Origin: Bifidobacterium sp. | Lineage (GTDB): Bacteria > Actinomycetota > Actinomycetes > Actinomycetales > Bifidobacteriaceae | DNA: 64,000 nucleotides | Direction: 5' to 3' | Assembly (NCBI GenBank): GCA_022649135.1 | Contig: JALCNP010000006.1 | Span: forward strand, 31,379-95,378 | Part shown: one piece after another, positions 59,155 through 64,000 of the stretch | How positions within the stretch are numbered: the first letter of the stretch is position 1 | How the letters are laid out: the number at the start of each line of letters is the position of its first letter | Translations under genes and position numbers: made by a program | Notes under the pieces: model-generated | What the model was told of the DNA's origin: nothing | Seen by the model: the letters and a program-made list of their open reading frames with translations, nothing else | Database searches by the model: none

Positions 59155-60473
59155 TCGCGCACCTGCCCTGATCCGTATCCGATCCACTTCGTCGATGTCA
59201 TCTCCTGCAGCCCCATCGGCCCCCGGGCGTGGAGCTTCTGCGTGGATATGCCAAGCTCGGCCCCGAAGCCGAACACTCCCCCGTCGGTGAACCGCGTCGA
59301 GGCGTTCACCATGACCACGGCGGAATCGATTCGGCGGGTGAAGCTCTCGATGGCCTCATAGTCCCGCGAGACGATCGACTCGGTGTGGCCGGTGGAATGG
59401 GCGTTGATGTGATCGATCGCCTCCTGGAGGGAGCCGACCACCTTCACGCCCATCGTCAGATCCAGGTATTCCGTGTCCCAATCCTCCCTGACGGCGTGAC
59501 TCATGCGCAGCCCCCGGATCTGGGCATCGGAGATGATGTCGAAGGCCTCCTCGTCGGCACGCAGCTCCACGCCGTGATTGGCGAGCGCCTGCGCGATCAT
59601 GGGAAGGAACGCGTCGGCCACGGCGCGGTGCACAACCAGCTTCTCGGCCGCGTTGCACACGCCGACGCGCTGGGTCTTCGCATTGACGACGATCGGAATC
59701 GCCATGTCGAGATCCGCTCCCGCGTCGACATAGACGTGGACGTTCCCCGACCCGGTTTCAATGACCGGAACCGTGGAGTTGGTCACGACCGCGCGAATCA
59801 GCCCCGCACCCCCACGGGGAATGAGCACGTCGATGTGTCCCCGGGCCTGCATCATGGCGGTGGCCCCGTCCCTGCCGAATTCGTCCACGCTGTCCACAAG
59901 GGCGGGATCGAAGCCGTGGTCGGCCAACGCGTTCGCGATGACCTCGATCGTGGCCGCATTGGTGCGCCGCGCCTCATGCCCTCCGCGCAGAATCGCGGCA
60001 TTCCCCGATTTGAGGCACAGAGACGCGACGTCGACGGTGACGTTGGGCCTCGCCTCGTAGATCATGCCGATGACTCCGAGAGGAACGCGGACCTGCGTCA
60101 GGCGCAGGCCGTTGGGCAGGGTGTAGCCCCGCACCACCTGGCCGATGGGATCGGGCAGCGAGGAGACATGACGGACGCCTTCGGCGCAGGCGCCGATTCT
60201 CTCGACCGTGAAGTTCAGCCGATCAAGCTTTCCCTCGTCCATCCCGGCCTCCCGGGCCTCACGCATATCCTCCCCGTTCGCCGCGGCGATCCGATCGGCG
60301 TGATCGGAAAGCGCATCGGCCATGGCGTGGAGAAGCGCGTCCTTGACCTCCGTGCTGGCCTGCGCGAGCCCGGCCTGCGCGCGTGCCGCGGCGTCCGCCT
60401 TCGCGCACACCGCGGCGTAGACGCCGCCGTCCAACGGTTGCCCGTCATTCCTCCGTTGCTCGTTGAATGCCAT
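59151..60473 (-). CDS. proA: gamma-glutamyl phosphate reductase
   Basis: 440 aa, aldehyde-dehydrogenase fold with a ProA-type sequence ([19 protein letters not shown]). Confidence 0.95.
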   Translation of the reverse strand: MAFNEQRRNDGQPLDGGVYAAVCAKADAAARAQAGLAQASTEVKDALLHAMADALSDHADRIAAANGEDMREAREAGMDEGKLDRLNFTVERIGACAEGVRHVSSLPDPIGQVVRGYTLPNGLRLTQVRVPLGVIGMIYEARPNVTVDVASLCLKSGNAAILRGGHEARRTNAATIEVIANALADHGFDPALVDSVDEFGRDGATAMMQARGHIDVLIPRGGAGLIRAVVTNSTVPVIETGSGNVHVYVDAGADLDMAIPIVVNAKTQRVGVCNAAEKLVVHRAVADAFLPMIAQALANHGVELRADEEAFDIISDAQIRGLRMSHAVREDWDTEYLDLTMGVKVVGSLQEAIDHINAHSTGHTESIVSRDYEAIESFTRRIDSAVVMVNASTRFTDGGVFGFGAELGISTQKLHARGPMGLQEMTSTKWIGYGSGQVRE

Positions 60474-60787
60474 GGCCGCCTCCGGTTCGTCGCCCGTGCC
60501 GAGGCACGGTTCGAAAATACATGTCTTCGATTGTAAGCGCTTTTCGCCATCATGCCATCTACCGTTCCGCCCCTCCGGCTATTTCCCGGAACCGCGGGCG
60601 CACGACGCGCCTGTGCGGGGGCGGCCGTCCACATGCCTTCGCGACCCCGGCCGCACCGCGATGCAGGTGAGCGTACGGTAGGCGCCCCCCGTCCCGCAGG
60701 GATTTGCGCCGTATTTGCCCACGCAAGGCACTACACTGGGCAGCGTCAGCAATGCGCTCCCACTCTGAACGATTTGCGAGGATCCCG

Positions 60788-62320
60788 ATGGTGAACACCT
60801 TCCACAGCACACGCGGCCATGCCAATTCACTCACGTCGAAGCAGGCCATCCGCCTCGGTCTGGCCGACGACGGGGGGCTGTTCGTCACGGACGGTCTCGG
60901 CGAACGGGGAATCGACCTGTCGCGGCTTGCGGGCCGCCCGTACCAGGACATCGCCCAGGATGTCCTGTCCGCCCTGCTGCCGGATTTCACCCACGAGGAG
61001 CTTCGCGACTGCATCGCGGCGGCGTACGCGGACCAGTGGGCGTCGCCGACGATCACACCGCTCAGAGCGTTGGGCGGCGATTTCGTGCTCGAGCTGTTCC
61101 ACGGCCCCACCTGCGCCTTCAAGGATGTCGCGCTTCAGATCCTTCCCCGCTTCATGGCCCGCACCTCGCCGCGCAACGTCGGGGAATCCCCCGAGGGACG
61201 GCTCGGGGGCCAGGCGGGGGCCGACGCCCCGGAAAGGGTCATGATCCTCACCGCCACATCCGGGGACACCGGCAAGGCGGCGCTCGCAGGATTCGCCGAC
61301 GCGCCCGGAACGGGGATAACGGTCTTCTATCCGCAGGGCAAGGTCAGCGAGGTCCAGGAGCTTCAGATGACCACGCAGACCGGGGACAACGTGAACGTAT
61401 GCGCCGTGCGGGGAAACTTCGATGACGCGCAGAGCGCCGTCAAGCGCATTTTCGGGGACGCGGCCCTTGCCAGGGAGCTCAGGGACCGGTCGAACACGGT
61501 TCTTTCCTCCGCGAATTCGATTAACGTCGGGCGGCTCGTTCCGCAGGTGGTCTATTATTTCTCGGCCTATGCGCAGCTTCTTGAACGCGGGACCATCCGC
61601 ATCGGGGACGAGGTCGAGTTCTGCGTGCCCACCGGCAACTTCGGCGATGTCCTCGCGGGATATTACGCGAAGATGCTGGGTCTCCCGGTTCGCCGCCTCA
61701 CCGTCGCCAGCGACAGAAACAACGTGCTCTCCGATTTTCTCACCACGGGGACGTACAACCGCAGAAGGCCCTTCTTCGAGACGATCTCGCCGTCGATGGA
61801 CATTCTCATCTCCTCCAATCTCGAGCGCATGCTGTACTACATGTCCGGGGGCGATGCGGATCTGGTCCATGGCCTGATGAGCGATCTCTCGCGAGAAGGC
61901 TTCTACCGGGTGCCGGACGCCCTGCTGGCGAAGATACAGGCCCTTTTCGGATGCGGATGGGCGGACGAGTCGCAGGTGCGCGACGCCATCCGCGACTGCT
62001 GGGACGGGCACCGCTACGTCATCGACCCCCACACCGCCTGTGGATACGCCGTCATGGGGCGCACGGACAGAGACCCCCGCATCCCCAGGATCCTTCTGAG
62101 CACCGCGAGCCCATTCAAATTCCCCCGCGTCGTCAACGAATCCCTGGGCTTCGAATGCGCCGGAACGGATTTCGACTGCATGGATTCACTCGCCCGAGCC
62201 GCCTCGCTGGAGGCGCCGCAATCCCTTCGCTCCCTGGATGAGGCTCCCGTGAGATTCCATGATGTCGTGGATATCAACGGCATGCGCGACGTGGTCGAAA
62301 AGGGCGCGCTCTCGCTCTAG
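60788..62320 (+). CDS. thrC: threonine synthase (long form)
   Basis: Contains FHSTRG and the PLP-lysine context HGPTCAFKD. The ATG at 60788 is preceded by GAGGA; the track start is at 60704. Confidence 0.92.
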   Translation: MVNTFHSTRGHANSLTSKQAIRLGLADDGGLFVTDGLGERGIDLSRLAGRPYQDIAQDVLSALLPDFTHEELRDCIAAAYADQWASPTITPLRALGGDFVLELFHGPTCAFKDVALQILPRFMARTSPRNVGESPEGRLGGQAGADAPERVMILTATSGDTGKAALAGFADAPGTGITVFYPQGKVSEVQELQMTTQTGDNVNVCAVRGNFDDAQSAVKRIFGDAALARELRDRSNTVLSSANSINVGRLVPQVVYYFSAYAQLLERGTIRIGDEVEFCVPTGNFGDVLAGYYAKMLGLPVRRLTVASDRNNVLSDFLTTGTYNRRRPFFETISPSMDILISSNLERMLYYMSGGDADLVHGLMSDLSREGFYRVPDALLAKIQALFGCGWADESQVRDAIRDCWDGHRYVIDPHTACGYAVMGRTDRDPRIPRILLSTASPFKFPRVVNESLGFECAGTDFDCMDSLARAASLEAPQSLRSLDEAPVRFHDVVDINGMRDVVEKGALSL

Positions 62321-62360
62321 GCCACGACATCGGCACCGCACGACCCGCGGAGGACCGATG

Positions 62361-63035
62361 TCACAGCCGGGCAGGGGCCGCGGCGAAATCGAACAGAGTC
62401 CCGTCCGCCAGATCGCAGATCTCCGGCCAATCCCCGGCGGAGGAATCGTCATGCATGGCCCAGACACGCATGCCCACGGATCGTGCGGATTGCATGCCCA
62501 CCAGCAAGTCCTCGAAGACCGTGCACCCCTCCGGCTCGACACCGAGTCGATCCGCCGCCAGAAGATACACGTCCGGCCTGTCCTTGCCAACGTCACCGGC
62601 ATCGTCGACGCTGCAGACCGCATCAAAGAAATCCGCGATGCCGACATGGCGCATCGCCGGCTCGCGCAGCGACGGCGGCAGGGACGTGGCGACGGCGAGA
62701 GAGGCCCCGCTTCTTTTCAGACCCTGCAGATACTCAACGGCATGCGGCTTGGCTTCGACCTGGGTCGAGTATGCGACACGCGCCATGTCGTTCCACTCCC
62801 GCATCAGCTCTTCGGGCGTGTCCTGCAGCCCGAAGCGCCGGATGGTGTACTCGGCGATCTGCCGGAACTGCATGGCGCTCACCCTCGCCATGTAGTCCGT
62901 GGGCACGGCGATTCCCCGGCGGCTAAGAAAATCGACGTCCACCTGATCCCACACCCCCATGGAGTCAAGCAGCGTGCCGTCCAAATCGAATATCGCGGCC
63001 TTGCCCCTGTTGTCGTCGCCGTCGATGATGGTCAT
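62361..63035 (-). CDS. HAD family hydrolase (beta-phosphoglucomutase/phosphatase-like)
   Basis: HAD motif I FDLDGTLLDS and motif IV-like CTVFEDLLVG. Confidence 0.85.
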   Translation of the reverse strand: MTIIDGDDNRGKAAIFDLDGTLLDSMGVWDQVDVDFLSRRGIAVPTDYMARVSAMQFRQIAEYTIRRFGLQDTPEELMREWNDMARVAYSTQVEAKPHAVEYLQGLKRSGASLAVATSLPPSLREPAMRHVGIADFFDAVCSVDDAGDVGKDRPDVYLLAADRLGVEPEGCTVFEDLLVGMQSARSVGMRVWAMHDDSSAGDWPEICDLADGTLFDFAAAPARL

Positions 63036-63131
63036 TGTCGAGCCCCCTCTCGTTGCATCGATGTCCGCTGGTCGTGTACGCTCGATCCGCAGAATAGCAG
63101 GGTGCGCATACGTGTGGCCGCAGGCGCATGG

Positions 63132-64000
63132 TCAGCGGCTGGATTCAAGCAGCTCCTCCGCATGCTCCAGCGATGTGGGGGATTCGCTGCCCGCCAGCAT
63201 CCGCGCGATCTCATGCACACGGCCATCGCCCTTCACCTCGTGGACCCTGGTGAGAACGCCGTCGTGCCTTTCGTCCTCCTTGCTCACCACGAACTGGGAA
63301 TCGGCCCACGACGCCACCTGGGCCAAATGGGTGACGACGATGACCTGCGAATGCCTGGAGAGCGCCGCAAGTCTGCGTCCAAGCTCCATGGCGGCCTTTC
63401 CCCCCACACCCGCGTCGACCTCATCGAAGATGAAGGTCATGGACGAATGTCCGGAATGCCTGCGGGCCGCGGCAAGCTCCATGGCGAGCATCAATCTGCT
63501 CAGCTCCCCCCCGGAGGCGCTTTTCGACATGGGCAGGGGTGTGGATCCGGGAAACGGCAGGAACATGAACTCGATGTCATCCCCACCGTGGGAGTCCAGA
63601 ACCATGGCGTCGTCGTCGGTCCCGTCCCGCGGATCCGCCGGTGACGACGCATCCAGACGGCTCTCGACGCGTACGAGCAGCCGGGAGCCGGGCATGGCAA
63701 GGGAGTCGAGTTCGCGCGACACCGTGTCGCCAAGATCCTTGGCGGCCTTGCGGCGCGCATCGCTCAAACGACGGGCGGCGGCGACGGTCCGGGAAAGAAG
63801 CTCGGACCGCTCGGCCTCGATCTGCACGATTTTCTCCGGGGAGGCGTCGAGATCCTGGACGTCGAGCATCGCCTGCCTGTGCCAGGCACGCACGTCATCC
63901 AAGGTCGGCCCCCAGCGGCGGACCAGCTCATCCAGGTCATGTATGCGGGCGTTGATCGTATCGAGATCCTCGACCCCGTCCTCGTCGGGAACCTCGTTGG
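63132..64000 (-). CDS. recN: DNA repair protein RecN, C-terminal part (5' end lies beyond the window)
   Basis: Contains SGGELSRLMLAMEL and Walker B FIFDEVDAGVGG. I checked by hand that the frame stays open from 63902 to 64000. Confidence 0.9.
   Translation of the reverse strand, partial: NEVPDEDGVEDLDTINARIHDLDELVRRWGPTLDDVRAWHRQAMLDVQDLDASPEKIVQIEAERSELLSRTVAAARRLSDARRKAAKDLGDTVSRELDSLAMPGSRLLVRVESRLDASSPADPRDGTDDDAMVLDSHGGDDIEFMFLPFPGSTPLPMSKSASGGELSRLMLAMELAAARRHSGHSSMTFIFDEVDAGVGGKAAMELGRRLAALSRHSQVIVVTHLAQVASWADSQFVVSKEDERHDGVLTRVHEVKGDGRVHEIARMLAGSESPTSLEHAEELLESSR

Overview
High-GC (about 60%) actinobacterial chromosome segment. Gene content and order look like Bifidobacterium. My best guess is the B. 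animalis group, because of the secreted GH5 mannanase with CBM10-like repeats; this is inference, not a database hit. I call about 60 protein genes and 3 tRNAs (Asn-GTT, Ala-GGC, Gln-TTG). Most genes are on the minus strand and almost all are housekeeping. In window order they are: pgsA-DUF881-DUF1290-DUF881-(garA-like); hisG-hisE-rpe-lgt-trpA-trpCB-trpE-hisI-hisF; rlmN-cdsA-frr-pyrH-tsf-rpsB-def; two long-chain acyl-CoA ligase paralogs flanking guaB3-like, icd and an orphan sugar-binding lipoprotein; M23 peptidase / yoaK; tRNA-Asn plus the GH5 mannanase; tsaD-rimI-tsaB-tsaE; holA-comEC-comEA; leuS; corA; ldh-family; an SRAP peptidase; GH13 plus histidine phosphatase; rsfS-glmU-tRNA-Gln-prs-nadD-proA; thrC; and the recN 3' part. 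Many track ORFs carry spurious N-terminal extensions. I trimmed them to starts supported by Shine-Dalgarno sequences, by 1-nt or 4-nt stop/start overlaps, or by family N-termini. I found no rRNA, CRISPR array, transposase, integrase, phage gene or recognisable defence or toxin-antitoxin gene, and I do not see a clear multi-gene novel system. The most unusual items are: (1) a 500-bp ORF-free divergent spacer upstream of the M23 peptidase, with a duplicated 61-nt module and a T7C8 tract; (2) the tRNA-Asn-adjacent mannanase locus, with a roughly 48% GC upstream region and a LacI-type palindrome; (3) an orphan Cys/Met-rich 168-aa ORF; (4) a histidine phosphatase translationally overlapped with a GH13 enzyme; (5) several repeat or palindrome elements in the larger spacers. 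All functional calls come from motif recognition by eye and synteny, and no searches were run.
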